From: Blastocystis sp. Blastoise
Lineage: Eukaryota > Protista > Bigyra: Opalinata
Length of the DNA stretch: 64,000 bases
Direction: 5' to 3'
NCBI GenBank assembly: GCA_039096225.1
Contig: JBBPEB010000028.1
Location: forward strand, 124,001-188,000
The first letter of the stretch is position 1; each line of letters begins with the position of its first letter. The position numbers and the translations under genes are program-made. The notes below the pieces were generated by a model. The model ran no database searches. It saw nothing but the letters and a program-made list of their open reading frames with translations, and was not told the DNA's origin. Positions 1 to 23,048 of this stretch are shown piece after piece.

Positions 1-338
1 ATATTATATTATATTATATTATATTATATTATATTATATTATATTATATTATATTATATTATATTATATTATATTATATTATATTATATTATATTATATT
101 ATATTATATTATATTATATTATATTATATTATATTATATTATATTATATTATATTATATTATATTATATTATATTATATTATATTATATTATATTATATT
201 ATATTATATACTATTATATTATATTATATTATATTATATACTATTATATTATATTATATACTAATATTATATACTATTATATTATATTATATTATATACT
301 ATACTATTATATACTATTATATTATATTATATTATATA
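1..338. repeat. (ATATT)n pentanucleotide array inside an intron
   Basis: Tandem repeat visible in the sequence, with ATACT variants at the right end. Confidence 0.95.
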
Positions 339-1426
339 CACCAGCATAGATAGGATGGAGTAATATCGCATTTCAGAGGTTCAATAGGGAGTAATATAAT
401 ACAATTAATCCCTAATAACTTCAAATAATTTAAACGCGGAATAATCGAAGAAAAAGTACCATTTATATATTCTATAGAATAGTATAGAATAGTATATAAT
501 AGAATATACCATCAGAATTGAATGTAGGTACATGAAGTGTATAGAATACGAGTTTCTCTTTGGCTTTTAAAGTAATAGTCTTATAAGTATTCCATTCTAT
601 ATCTTCAGAATAAGTAGAATCAAACATAGGATTCAAATCATAAGGAGATCTATATATAAAATAATATATAACACAACATATAATACAATATATAATATAA
701 CACAATAAAATAATATATAACACAATAAAATACATATATAACCCAATAAAATACATAAATAACACAATAGATAAAAAAAATACAATGTAAAAGATTCTAT
801 AGAATAACGTTTATAGTGTTCACCATTATATTCCATATCATAATAAAATGAAGTATCATTTCGAATATTAACAATAAATAAATACCAATAACCGTCTCCT
901 TGATTTCTATAGAATAATAATTATATATATTATAAACATACGTCATGGAATATAAGTGACTTTCATCATCTTGTTTGATATATATGGACACCTTTGTTGA
1001 ATTCTTTGAATAAACTCGGTAGGACATACCATAATAATATAAATTACCATTCAATTTATATCCTATAGACTTCTCCCAATATAAGAAACCTTCAAAATCA
1101 CTTCGTTCACAATTAGGAAGACTATAATCATCAGGACATTTCAATGTTGGATCACTTTTAGCTAATGCATCCAAATATAATCCTAATGAAATCGCAAGGG
1201 CCAAGAAAATAATGAAGAAAAACAAAGATATAGAAATAACAAAAGCTAAATGATCTCGAGCCCAACTATTTTTCTTCGGAACATTTCTCTTTGCCATTTT
1301 CCTTCTTAGTTTCTTCTCTGTAGACCATGTATTGTTTACAGAAAAGAAATCTTCAGGTAAGATTTTCAAATCGATACGAGTATTCAACGATTGATTTGCA
1401 GATGATGTAGATCTAGTTCCATACAT
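1..1426 (-). CDS. Type II membrane-anchored CBM48 + glycoside hydrolase family 13 protein (branching enzyme/TreZ-like); 3' part lies beyond the left edge
   Basis: Spliced translation gives a TM helix (LAFVISISLFFFIIFLALAISLGLYL), a CBM48-like segment (IGYKL...MSYRVYSKNSTKVSI...MTNQGDGYWYLF...FYYDMEYNGEHYKR) and a GH13 entry (LVFYTLHVPTF...GTFSSIIPRLNYLKLLGINCIILLPIE). Introns are GT-AG. Confidence 0.75.
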
Positions 1427-1710
1427 TAGTCTGAATCTATTTATTTATTGAATAACTCAAAACTATGGAATCTTTTTCTTAAAAAACAAATTTGTTTTTA
1501 TTCAAACACTTTCTATTCGTTAAATTCAAAAACAAAATTTCGTGCATCCAATATGTTATTGATATATTATTTTTTTTTCTTTTTATTCATCCTCTTTAAT
1601 ATTTCTATTAGTTTTCAATTATATATAATTTTGTATATGTAAACAAACGATGAAACAAAAAGATAATAATATCCTATTATTTAAAAAATAGAATATATAA
1701 AGAAATAATT

Positions 1711-3456
1711 TCACTTTTGTTGATAAAACGTACGACTTTTGATTCTATCGGATAAACTAGCATCATTACCCAAATAAGCATCCTTCTTAAATGATTGTAA
1801 ATAATTATTATTTTCATCATAATTCTTCTTCAACTCTTCTTCTTCTTCTGTTTCTTTTATATCCTTTTTATGATTCTCTAATAATCGCTTATATCGCAAA
1901 TCTTGATTCACAGAAGCATCCTGTTTCATTTCATTTAATCGCTTCTGAACTTCTTCTTCAGTTAATTGTTTATCTTTTTTATTATTTCTATCTTTTGTAT
2001 ATGTATTTGAATTCTTGTGAGAATCATCTATTTTTCGAGTCTCATAAGTATCTATTCTATTATTATTATTATTATTATTATGTCTACTATTACTTCTACT
2101 TCTATATCTAGATCTCTCATAGTCTCTTCTTCTATTATTATGTCTACTATTACTTCTACTTCTATATCTAGAATGTCTACTATTACTTCTACTTCTTCTT
2201 CTATTACTATTACTTCTGTGTCTAGAATGTCTTCTTTTAGAATCAACTCTATTATCTCTATATTCTGATCTTTTCTCTATAGTATTATTCTCTTTCTTCT
2301 TATCTATATCTATATCACTATCATCATCCTCTCTAGAAGGAGAAGAAGAAGAAGACGATTTTTTATGATTTTTTGAACGATAATCACGGGAATGGTGATG
2401 ATGATCTCTTTATATAATATCACATAATAAAAATAATATAATAAAAATAATAATAAAAATAGTATAATAAAAATAATAATAAAAATAGTATAATAAAAAT
2501 AATAATAAAAATAATATAATAAAAATAGTAATAAAAATAACAACCATACCTTTCACTATTTGATTTCTATATAAATATAATAATTATATATATGATTATT
2601 TATACATACAGAAGAAGAACTTGTTTTACTGTGCTTATCATTTTCTGATGATTTTGATATATCAGCTGTACTCGTTGAAATACCTACTGGCTTCCCTAAT
2701 TGTTTTGATAACTATAATAATAATATAAATAAACATAATAAATGTTATAAACAAAATAATAAACATAATAATAAACATAATAAACATATATATACGGCTT
2801 CCATGAGTTGTTTCTTACGTCTTGGATTCTCTAATAGTTTCTTCCTCATTTCAATTTCTTTTCGTTTCATCTCTAACAACGGGTCTTCATGAACACGACG
2901 AAAAGCCTCGGTTTCCTATATAGAAAACACTCTTACATTACTCTAACAATCAATATACATATATTTATATACAGAGGAAACAACTGGAGCATTAGCTATA
3001 CTGGCACCGGCGATTGAACCATCTTCAAGCTTCGAAAATGTATTTTTATCATCTTTATCAAAATCAACAGCTGCCTTACCAGTTAAATAATCTTCATCAG
3101 TTGGACCTTCTCTCTTATACGTATACATCCATTCTACACACTCTTTCTTCTATATATTATTGTTATTACAACTATTCACACTATTTTTATGACTATTCAC
3201 AATAACACATACATCATCTTCAATATTTCGATCGTGAATAGCTGTGATCTCCATCAATTGGCGCTCATCTTTTATCTTCTTCTGTAATTCTTTGATTTTC
3301 TTCTCTTCAGCTGCCTTCTCTTGCTCTCTTATCCACACAGCCTCTCTGTTCTATCCAAAATAAACATATAATGACATATAATAAAGAACAACTTACATTT
3401 CTATTACCTGGATTCCATTTCTTTTTCGACAAAAACTCTAAAGGAGTCTTTACCAT
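1711..3456 (-). CDS. CWC25: Pre-mRNA splicing factor CWC25 (multi-exon, with RS-rich region)
   Basis: MVKTPLEFLSKKKWNPGNRN...AVWIREQEKAAEEKKIKELQKKIKDERQ; EWMY...DEDYLTGK; RVHEDPLLEMKRKE; SRYRSRS repeats; stop at 1711. Confidence 0.85.
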
Positions 3457-4180
3457 GACCAATATAAATTAAATCTATAATATATTATAATAAAAATTAT
3501 TTTTTGCTTTAATAAACAAAAAATAAGATAAATCGAAATGTTTTGAATTTTCTCCTGTTTATTTACATTTGAATAGGTCATTTTTTTAAATATTTCGTGA
3601 TTCACGAATTTTGTGAATAATTTGTTGTGTATTGATTTTATATAAGGAATTGAGGTTTTATTAGATTTGTATTATGTTTGGAATAAACTATATATCAGAA
3701 ATGAAGAAATTTATGCGGTGATTTTAAATTATTATTTGTATTATTGATAGATTAGTAGTTATAAATGGTTGGGTGATAAGTAAACATGATTCAAGGAATA
3801 TTTAATGAATAGAATCTATGATAAAAGCTCATCATTCTTGAAAATCACAGAAAATAAGCGATTCTTCTCTCTTTAAGTTATTTTCAATTGTTCAGATATA
3901 TCTCAGATATGATTTATTTATGATATTTAACTTGATATAGACTTATAGTTAATATTTTATAAATAAGAGCCGACTGTTTATTATATTATTTATGTTAGTT
4001 ATTCTAACAATGATAAATTGATATTATTTGATTAATATAGATTGTATAAGGAGAATCTTATATAAATACTTTATGTTGTATCTATATATGAGGATTACAT
4101 ATTATAAAATTATCTATATACTTGTTTTATATCGCTAATAAGTTAGTGTTGCACAGAGTTAATGATATTATGTTTTATTT

Positions 4181-4223
<43 letters not shown>

Positions 4224-4568
4224 CAAGAATTGATGTGAATATTATGACAATATTTTTATGTCAGCATTGAACTTGAATCAAAACAGACGACAATCTATAG
4301 AAAAAACATAAAAACGCTACTATATTATATATGAAATAGTTTTCAACCAATATTATATAATTGCTTTTAAAAAATAAAAAATATATGTGTATAATAATAA
4401 TGTTAAGATAATATGATGAATGTATTTTTTTTAATTTATAGAGAAAATAATTATTTTTAGTTGAAAGTATAATTTGTATATATATATCGTTATATGAGAA
4501 TAAAACTAAAACCAGCTTCAAAAAGAGACTTATTTTCAGTAATATATATTATATATATATAAAAAACA

Positions 4569-7217
<2,649 letters not shown>

Positions 7218-7834
7218 CGTTCAATGTAAAAAAGAAGAAAAAACTGTGATTAAAAAACATTCTTTTCAAAGAAATTCTTTTCGTTCGTTTTTTTAAAATT
7301 CTAATAATTTTTTTTATCATCAAATGAAAGTTCCCATGTTGACTATAATAATAGAATTATAAAAATTAGTTTCTATTCGCTTTTCATGATTTGATAATCT
7401 ATATTTTGAATTATTCTTGATTTTTTATATCTAAATAATTTATAAAACATTAATATATGCCATTTATATGTGAATTTCTAACAAATATGAAAAAATAGTA
7501 ATCTCGAAATAAAAAAACACTAACAATTCACTTTATTGTCATTTATAAATATATTCATTGATTCATCAAATGATATAAATATCTTTTTCTTATTGTTTCT
7601 TTTCTATTTGCGATGAAAAAAGAATATTCATCATCATATTTCAAATACTTTCATATTATCACTGAATTCAACTGAAATGAAAAATGAATAAATAACGAAA
7701 ACAATGATTCTATGCTAAAAATAGGTCAATTAATAGAAATTCCCACGTTCATGGGTATTCTGTGGAAATCAATGAAGGAAAAGCAATCAATCTTCTTATT
7801 CAAAGATTGTTAGTTTGTTGTTCATTAATTAATA

Positions 7835-8399
7835 ATGGTATATATATAAAGCGATTTCTATTACGTTCATAATGTCGTTATCTATTTGTTCTCCTTGTAT
7901 TGGGTGTTGAAAAGAAAGTTTTAGTTGCTGGTGATGGTGTCCATTTCCCTAAGAAGGGTGATATGCTCTCCATGCATTATGTTGGAACTCTTACCAACGG
8001 TCAAAAGTTTGATTCTTCTCGTGATCGTCAGAAGCCTTTCAATTTCACCATTGGTGTCGGTCAAGTCATCAGAGGTTGGGATGAAGGTGTCATGACTATG
8101 TCTAAGGGTGAAAAGGCTGTTTTAACTATTTCTCCTGATTATGGTTATGGTGTTCGTGGTGTTCCCCCGATGTATATATATACATTATTTTATTTCTTTT
8201 TTTATTGTTTACATTATATATATTTTTTTTATTGTTTACGTTATATTATATAATAAATATTTTATCTTTTTTTTTATATAATTCTATTTTTGTTTGTTAT
8301 TCATATTATTGTATATATATATATATAAATAATCATATCTATAGCATTCCTAGAAACGCTACTCTTGTTTTTGAAGTTGAACTTTTAGAAATTATGTAA
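7835..8399 (+). CDS. FKBP12: FKBP12-type peptidyl-prolyl isomerase
   Basis: GVEKKVLVAGDG...HYVGTLTNGQKFDSSRDR...GVGQVIRGWDEG...PDYGYG...IPRNATLVFEVELL. The start is inferred as an ATG-only exon at 7835-7837 (see findings). Confidence 0.95.
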
Positions 8400-8543
8400 A
8401 TACTTTAATTTATATAAAGTCTTCAAATTTAATTTTTTTTTAAAATTATTTGTTTGGTTTATTATATGTATTATATCTTAACTATAATAAACAAAGAAAG
8501 AATAGAATATAAAATGAATTAGAAGTAATAATAATAAAACTAT

Positions 8544-11459
8544 TTATTCCAAGTTTTCGTTCATTTGACTGTGTTTATTTAAATAGTCTTTGCTTGTCAT
8601 TTCATAGAGACGTGAAAGAGTTCTTCTACAAGAAAAAGCAACAGCTGTAACTGAATCATATCTTCCTTTTTCCATTTCATTCTTAGATTGTTTGGCTTTA
8701 TCAATGAAATGCTGCTCTAAGTCAAAAACAGATTTAAATAAGCCATCAATCTATATAGACATATATATGATAAATATAATTTATTGATTAAAAGCATTAA
8801 ATAAATGAATATATGATTGATATTATTACTCCTATAATATATCTAAATATATACAGGTGTTTCTGCAGTTAGAATAATTCTCTTTTTATTATCATATAAT
8901 TGATCGATTAACGTGACAAATCGCGACAAAGAAGACGGTTTGTCTAGTGTGAATATTGGAACCTATAATATATATAAAGAAAATACTTATTAAAGTGACT
9001 TATTGGATAATATATATAGAATTTATTATATAAATAATGAATAAGAGAATATTTATTTTAAATGATTTATAGGATAATATAGATTGTTGTTTACTAAATT
9101 AATAAGAATATATATATATATATATATATATACATCAGTGAGAATAAGTGTGTGGAAATGTTTACAAATCGACATATAATCATCAATACCACGATCCTAT
9201 ATATATATAGAATATTCATAATAATATATATTATACAAATAGTTTTTCTATTATATATATATACATTTATACATAAGTCTTTGAAAGTGAACATACACAA
9301 TCCTTTATAAGCAGAAGGTACTTCAAGAACACGATTTCCTTTTATAGGAAGAGAAAGAGAAGTATTTGGCTTAAATAATGGGGGATATAAACTCTCTATA
9401 ATATAATATATATAATTATATACATATATATATATTAATAGAATCAATGATGGAATTACAAGAAAAGAGAAGAATTTTAGAATAATATAAAAATATATAA
9501 ATAATAATAGAATATAATATAAAATGAATAGATACTTTTTTCATTAAAATAAATAAATAATAATATTAATAATAATAATTACGCATGGATAACGATATTA
9601 TAAAGCTATAATAATAATAATATATACCAAGAACAGAGGTAGTTGCTTCCCCAAGGGGATATAAGACGACATCTTCCACGGGGAATGCTGTTGTTTTACG
9701 ATAATCGATAGAACTATCAATATCTATAGGTCTGCAGTATTGTTGTAATAGAGAAATAAAAGGAAGGAAATAATATCGATTTAATCCCCCTTTATATAAT
9801 AATTCTGGAGACTGATTTGAAGTGCAAACGACAACTGTGCCACATTTAAATAAAGTCTCAAAAATATGGCATAATATCAAGGCATCAGCAATATCAGTTA
9901 CCTTTAGAAAGATAAGGATAGAGTAAGCATAATAAAGATATAATAATAATAATTAATGATTATAAGTATATAATAATGATAAATCTAATAATTAATGATT
10001 ATAAGTTTAATAATAATAAACATAATAATTAATGATTATAAGTATATAATAATACTAAACATAATAAACATAATAAACATAATAAGCCTAACAATAACAA
10101 TATATATACATGGAACTCATCAAAGCAAATAAGAGGATATTCAAGTGCTATGTCTTTAGACACTTGAATAATGCTTTCTTGATCTCCTGTAAGATGACTA
10201 TGTTCATAAACACCTTCTTTCCCTTTCATATGTATATTTCTCTCATGTACACGGCGATGAATATCCTGCATAAATTCATGAAAATGAACACGATATTTAT
10301 TTCCATTGACAGAAACACAATTATAAAACATATCCATAATCATACTTTTCCCTGTACCTACATTACCATATAAGTAAATCCCGCGGGGAACTCTGCACCA
10401 TTCATAAGTATGTCCTCTTTCTAATTTATTGATATCCTCTTCACTCATGTGAATACGTTTCTCAATTTTCTTCATTTCCTGCTGTTTACGACTATATATA
10501 TATATTGATTTATATATACAGTATAATGAAATCAAATAATGAATATTATTATTAATATAATAGTATATATATTTAGTGAATATTAGACTCATATAATATT
10601 TATAAATGGAAAGAACTATATAAAACCAGTTATAAATAACATTCATTAATACTGTCAAGAAATTATCACAATAGGAAATAACAAATAATAATATGTATAT
10701 TCAAGGATAATAAGAATCTAATATTCTTTTAAATATATATTCATAAGAATAGAAAATGAATTTATATATATATATTGAATAAAAGAAATATAAACATTTT
10801 ATTAAAAAAAATAATAATTGTTAAAAGTATATATATAGTATTATTTATACAATAGAGTATATACTATAATATATATATACAATTCAGGATGTGCTACAGA
10901 ATAAGGAACAACTTCAGTAGGTAGACGAGGGACTACTTGATAGGATTCCGTGATCTTCTTTCGAATTCCAAATGCATTGGAGAGAACGGTTGGCTGTAAA
11001 TAGGGTTTTAACTTATATCTATTGAAATATTCATTTATGTACACTTAGAAAAGAATGAATATATGTTAATATGATATATATATTTCATTGATAATCCATT
11101 GAATAGAATAGTAAAACATACTTTTCGTTGTCTTTACTTATTGCATCATAATAAATCATATCCTTTTTAGCTTCTTCTTCTTTATCATATATTCCTACTC
11201 TCTCAACGCCACCTGTTTCCAATAGACGAACAATTTCAAATGCAGGAATTTCGGGGCGTTTGTAATTTTTTAGAGCATTTTCCAATCTTGAAAAGTAGTA
11301 TACAACACCTGATTGATTTGGATCTTTTAATATAGATCCATTCTTTAAACAACGCAAATATTCTTCAGAAATTCGAGTTGATGTGGAAGAGAAAACTCTT
11401 ATAGGGCTTTTAATCAATCCTATGTTTTTCATAGATGATTTAAATACTATTCCCCACAT
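8544..11459 (-). CDS. AFG1: AFG1/LACE1 (ZapE-like) mitochondrial ATPase
   Basis: PRGIYLYGNVGTGKSMIMDMF, RVHFHEFM, LICFDEFHVTDIADA, TSNQSPELLYKGGLNR, RFVTLIDQLYD, RRTLSRLYEM; presequence-like N-terminus. Confidence 0.92.
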
Positions 11460-11675
11460 TATTTATTTTATATAAAAGAATAACGTATCGAAAAATGTAT
11501 TTTAAAAAATTGTTTTAAAAATATTTCAATTCCCAGCTTTTTTATATAAATTACAGAGAGAAATGTCTACATTTTCATTAATATTATGAGAAAACTGTTT
11601 TCATTTTATTTCTTTGGAAACTTGAGTTCTTTAGATATTATTATTGATTAATTCTTACGAAAATCAAAGAAACAA

Positions 11676-13082
11676 ATGGATCAGATTAGTGTTACCGAGA
11701 AAAAATATATATGTGATGGTATAAAACAGAATATACGTACTGATGGAAGAACTAATAAGGATTATAGAAAGTTAGAATTAGAGACAAGTCTCATTCAGCA
11801 GTGTCATGGTTCAGCAAGAGTGCGAACTGTCAATAGTGGTACGGATGTACTTGTTGCTATTAAATTAGAGGTGATTACTCCAGATGAGAAGACTCCAAAA
11901 TGTGGTGCGTTAGACGTATCTGTCGATTTCACTGCTTCTTCTTCATTACACTTTCGTAGTCGTGAATTTGATATTGAGAGTATCTCCTTAGCTAATAAAT
12001 TATCAGAGTATGATATTTCTTTTCATTTTCTTTATTTGTAATCATTATTTTATTATTATTGACATATATTTAGTTTATATTTATTTCTTTTTTCTATTTA
12101 GAGTATTGATGAGTTCAGGAGCTGTTGATTTGGAATCGTTGTGTATAATTGAGAAATTATTTGCTTGGAAATTATATATAGATATACAAATATTATCTGA
12201 TGATGGTAATTTATTTGATATAATATTTTATGCTATAAATGCTGCTCTTCAAACAACGCGTCTCCCAAAGACCAATCCCTTAGCAGATCTAGATAATGGA
12301 GAAAGAGACTTTGAGATTGATGATGATCCTTCAACTTATATACGCTTAAATTGCAAACAATTACCTCTCTGTATTACTCTATCACAAGTATGCTTATTAT
12401 TATGTTTATTATGATTATTATGTTTATTATGATTATTATTATGTTTATTATTATATGTTATTATTATTATGTTTATTAATATTATGCTTATTAAATATAT
12501 ATATTGAATGCTTAATAAATGTTAATTTTGTGTTTATATGATACTCTTTATTATATTTATATATATTATCATTACACTTATAATATTATTAATATACTTA
12601 TAATACTATTATTATACTTATAATACTATTATTATACTTATAATGCTTATCTTTTTAAAGATATCTGGAAAATTGGTTGTTGATTGCTCAAAAGTAGAAG
12701 AAGATTGCAGTTCATGTGCGTTACGAGTTGCCGTTAACAAAGAGGGAAAAATAGTCTCCTTACAAAATGTTTCTGGAACAATTTCTCAAGAATTATTATT
12801 TGGATCTATTGAAGTATATATATATATTATTATTATATATATTATTTATTACTATTCAACATTTTGTTGTCAAGTGAATTCTATATATATTAATACATAT
12901 TCTCTCTAGATTGCAAATCACGTGGCTAGTGCATTATTTACGTCTCTTGATAAGATAGTTGAAGTATATAAATATAACTATATATTAATTTTTTTACTAA
13001 TTTTTCAATAAATATTATTTAGAAAGATGATGAACTATGGACAAATGATGTTATTCCAAATAGAAGAGGTTTTTTCGCTTAA
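11676..13082 (+). CDS. RRP42: Exosome complex RNase PH subunit RRP42/EXOSC7
   Basis: EKKYICDGIKQNIRTDGR, HGSARVR, TDVLVAIKLE, VDLESLCI...WKLYIDI...DDGNLFD. Confidence 0.9.
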
Positions 13083-13532
13083 TATATCATACTTATCTAT
13101 AATTAATAAAGAAAAAACTTTGACTATTTCTAATTTATTTGTTGATCACTTGTTACTTTTTTGTGTTATCTGTATATACTTGAATCTTGGTTTTGTTACT
13201 TATTATTCATCATATTGGTTTGTTATTATTCAAGTAAATGAGTTGTCGATGTCCGTTTAATAGAAGCTTATACTTGTTTTATAAATTTGTATTAAATAGG
13301 AAACACTTGTCATAATCAAATATGATATTTTAACATAATATCCATAGTTTCTAGCATATAGACACCATAGCAACATTTTATACACAAATTTCTTCCAGCA
13401 TAAACAATCATTTATAATAATCGCGGTTATTCAAATTGGTTAACGCATTCATTTCATTCTTTTCAAAAAGAAAAATAGAATCATTTTCATTATTTGTTTC
13501 TTTTATTTGTCTTTTTATTCAACATAATCAAG

Positions 13533-15442
13533 ATGAGTGAAGAAAATAAAACTGTTAAGAACAGCACACGGTATAAATGCAACTAATTATTGAATCTACT
13601 TTTGAAATATAGCGTACCTGTACCTATGTGGAGAAAACTTATTGGCTTTTCTATTATTATTGCATCCTTTGTTTTCATGTGTTATACCGAATATACTAAC
13701 ACAAGTAAGATATCAGGAGTTATTCGTTTAATTCATAATGCTGTAAGTATATCGTTATTTTTCTTTCTAATTCTATGATAGTACACACTTCCGACGGATA
13801 CTGAAGTCATTGAAGATTATAATGATGAGAATATTATTCTTGTTTCATCAAGAACAAAACCTCATCCTAATTTTGGTCTTACAGAATTAGAATTTGATCT
13901 TCGTTTTGCAAATCAAATGCGTGTTCGTCGTGATGTTGAATATTGTCAATGGGATGAAATCTATGAAGAAATTGATGGTATTGAACAAGTTAGTTACAAG
14001 AAATCATGGATAAATCATTTAGTTGATTCTTCTACTTTTAAAGAGCAAGAAGGACATTATAATCCTCAACGTGATCCTTTCCCTCCGTAATTATTATATA
14101 TTATATATTTATATTTTATTTTATTATATTTTATTATATTATTATTATTATATATTTATATTTTATTTTATCTTATATACTATATTATTATTTTATTATA
14201 TTATTATATATTATTATTATTATATATATAGTCGTGTTCGTATGCCTCGTAAAATATTGGCGGGAACATTCCTCTTTGAAAATGAATATTTACAACAAAT
14301 TGTATATTATTATGTTTATTATTCTTATCCTATTTATTATACTTTATATGACTATTGACATTAGTTGTCCTATTTAACATATATATATATATATATATAT
14401 AATAGCATGATCCTTGGAATCACTTCGCTCCTGATTCGCTTTCCCTCGCTCATATGCCCGCGTCAACTCGTGGAGAAGGATTCTATTTCGCAGATAGTTA
14501 CTGGTATTATAGTTTAAATAACATGACACTTAACCGCGGGGGAATCTTCCAAAAGAATCTCACGAGACTCGACGATAATGATGAACGTCTTGCCAATCTT
14601 AAAGAAAACTGTATATATATTTATTTATTATATAATGTATATTATTTAATATTCCCCGTGGTTATTCTCCTCTTTCTGTAGGTTCTCCTGGTGATATTCG
14701 TGTTGGTTTCGACACTCAAAAGGTTCCGTTCCCTCTTACGATTATGGGCACACAAGTATATATATTACTATTATTATAGAGTTATTATTATTATGTTTAT
14801 TATATTATTATATTATTATTATTATTATAACTATTATTATTATTATTATAACTATAATTATTATATAACTATAACTATGTCTATTATATAGCACGATCAC
14901 TATATTGTTCCTCTTCGTCATCCTATTACTGATAAGCCATTATATATAATTGCTGATGGAGATATGAATGCTGAACAACTTATTCAGTTCTATTTCAGTC
15001 AAGAACTGAAATATACTTATTATATTCGTATCTTTGGTGCCCTTGTTATTATGGTTGGCATGATTATTCTTAAAGGAATTCGTCATCCTTTCATTGTATA
15101 TATATATATATATAACAAGCTTATACTATAAATAACATAATATAAATAATATAATTATATATAAATAACATAATATAAATAAAATAATTATACTCTATAT
15201 AGTACATGCCTCATATTCTTCGTTCCTTCTTTGTAGGTACTCTCTCTTCTCTCCTCTTCTATATATGTATCTGTATATACTTCTTTGGTACAAACGATAT
15301 TTATTTCTATAAATCACTTCTCTATGCCCTTCCACCAGTTCTCCTTGCTATATCAGTTAATGTACTCTATAAATATATACTTATGTATAAATATGCAATG
15401 AAAATCATGAAAGAAAAAGAAATGGAAAAGAAAACACAATAA
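13533..15442 (+). CDS. TMEM43/LUMA (DUF1625)-like membrane protein
   Basis: N-terminal TM helix; RVRRDVEYCQWDE...SYKKSWINHLVDSSTF...GHYNP; PGDIRVGF; C-terminal TM helices. Confidence 0.7.
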
Positions 15443-15761
15443 ACTATATATTCTACTTGATTTTAACTATACAGACTTTTCCATTATTTATTTTATATAG
15501 TTTATTTAAATGTAATATATATATATATTTCTATATATATAACTGTATGGGTTAAATGTCGTATTTTTATTCTGTTTTATATCACATGATTGTACTCTTT
15601 TCTTTTTAATGGATTGTTCTTGTTCTCAAATCATTAATTGAAAGTAAAACAACATAATTAATTTTAAATATTTTAAAGAAAAAGAAGTTTTTAAATAATA
15701 AAAAAAAAATAACTCTCTGGCTAGTTTGATGTTTTTTTTTATATAATTTTCTAAAGTTACC

Positions 15762-16477
15762 ATGGATATAGGTATATAAAGAATATTTCTTTTTGATACC
15801 AGTGTTTCATATTAGATGTTGCTGCAAATGCTATCAATAGTATTTTAGAAAATAATTTCATTACAATTGAAGCATCTTCAAATTTTGATATAAGAGTATT
15901 AAATATAAAGGAATTGATTGCTCGACGAATTGAACCTGGTCTTTTTGGTAATACTAAAACAATTACAGAGAAAATGGATTCTATTTCTGTATCTTTTAAA
16001 TTCCTTATTTGTAGAATATGTTAAAACTTCTATATAGAATGGAGCGAAGATTGCTGGAGGATTGGCTATAATTGGAACAGCACTTCTTAGTACTGTTGCT
16101 GCTGTATTTCTTTATATCAACTTGTTTTCTAGATTTTATTATATATACAGGGTTGTTTTGGTGTAGTTGCAGCATCAGGGATGGTTATAAATTCACTTCG
16201 GAAACGTGGAACATTTATGAAAAACAAGCCATTCCTTGTAGTACGCGTAAATGGTATTTATATATAGTATTATAATATTATATATATATTATTATTATTA
16301 TTATTATATAGGCATTACTGTGTATGATTATCAAGAAGATGGAAATTTAAATGACTATGTATAGATTTATATATATCTTTTAAAATCTATTTATTGTTAG
16401 AATATGATATATATATATATATATAGAGTATTGCTGACAGAGCATATATGCAATTCATAAAACCAACGTATTTTTAG
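15762..16477 (+). CDS. Small hypothetical membrane protein (6 exons)
   Basis: GT-AG splicing gives an open frame: MDIDVAANAINS...NMLKLLYRMERRLLGGLAIIGTALLSTVAAGCFGVVAASGMVI...KPTYF*. No family recognised. Confidence 0.6.
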
Positions 16478-17002
16478 AATTTAATATATATATATATTAT
16501 TTTCATTCATTTTATTTTGGTTTTCTTGGTATATTATTATAAATTTTATATTTGTTTTTTCTATTATTTCTATTATTTGTTTACAAATATATTTTTTATA
16601 CGTTTTTTATATATTTGTTCATAAAATTAATTACTTTTGTTAAAATGCTTATATTTTTTTACTTATTATAATCTCGGTGATTTATCTATAAATAATGTTG
16701 TGAATAGTAATAATTAATTGAAATACAGCATACTAATATTATTTCGTAGAGTCTACCTAATATTTATTTTTAAAAATGATATTATATCTTAAATGATTTC
16801 TATTCATAAAAAAAAGAGAAATAATAACATGAATGTACTAAATAGTTTTTAGAGTATAAGAACAAAAAAGCAAGTAATTTAAACATTACAAAGAAAAACA
16901 ATTTTTAAAAGAAATCAACAATAAAAACATAAGTATTTGAGTTGTATATGTGAAGTTATAGTATATAGAAAGAAATGGTATATATAAAGATAGTTATGTA
17001 GA

Positions 17003-22820
<5,818 letters not shown>

Positions 22821-22975
22821 ATTCTCTAATATATTTATCTAACAATATCAGAACAACACAATTTTTACCAAACAAAAAATTTATGATTTTCTAAAACAGC
22901 TAAACGGAAATCGAATATAGTATACTTCGAAAATAATATTCATTAATAATTGATTATAAAAATTAATTTTTAATT

Positions 22976-23048
22976 ATCAGACTAGTGTAGTGGTCATCAC
23001 GCTCCCTTCACACGGGAGAGGTCGCGAGTTCGAACCTCGCGTTTGATA
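22976..23048 (+). tRNA. tRNA-Val(CAC)
   Basis: Acceptor stem ATCAGAC/GTTTGAT, D arm TAGTGTAGTGGTCATCAC, anticodon arm CTCCC-TTCACAC-GGGAG, T arm GCGAG-TTCGAAC-CTCGC, discriminator A, followed by an oligo-T Pol III terminator. Confidence 0.93.
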
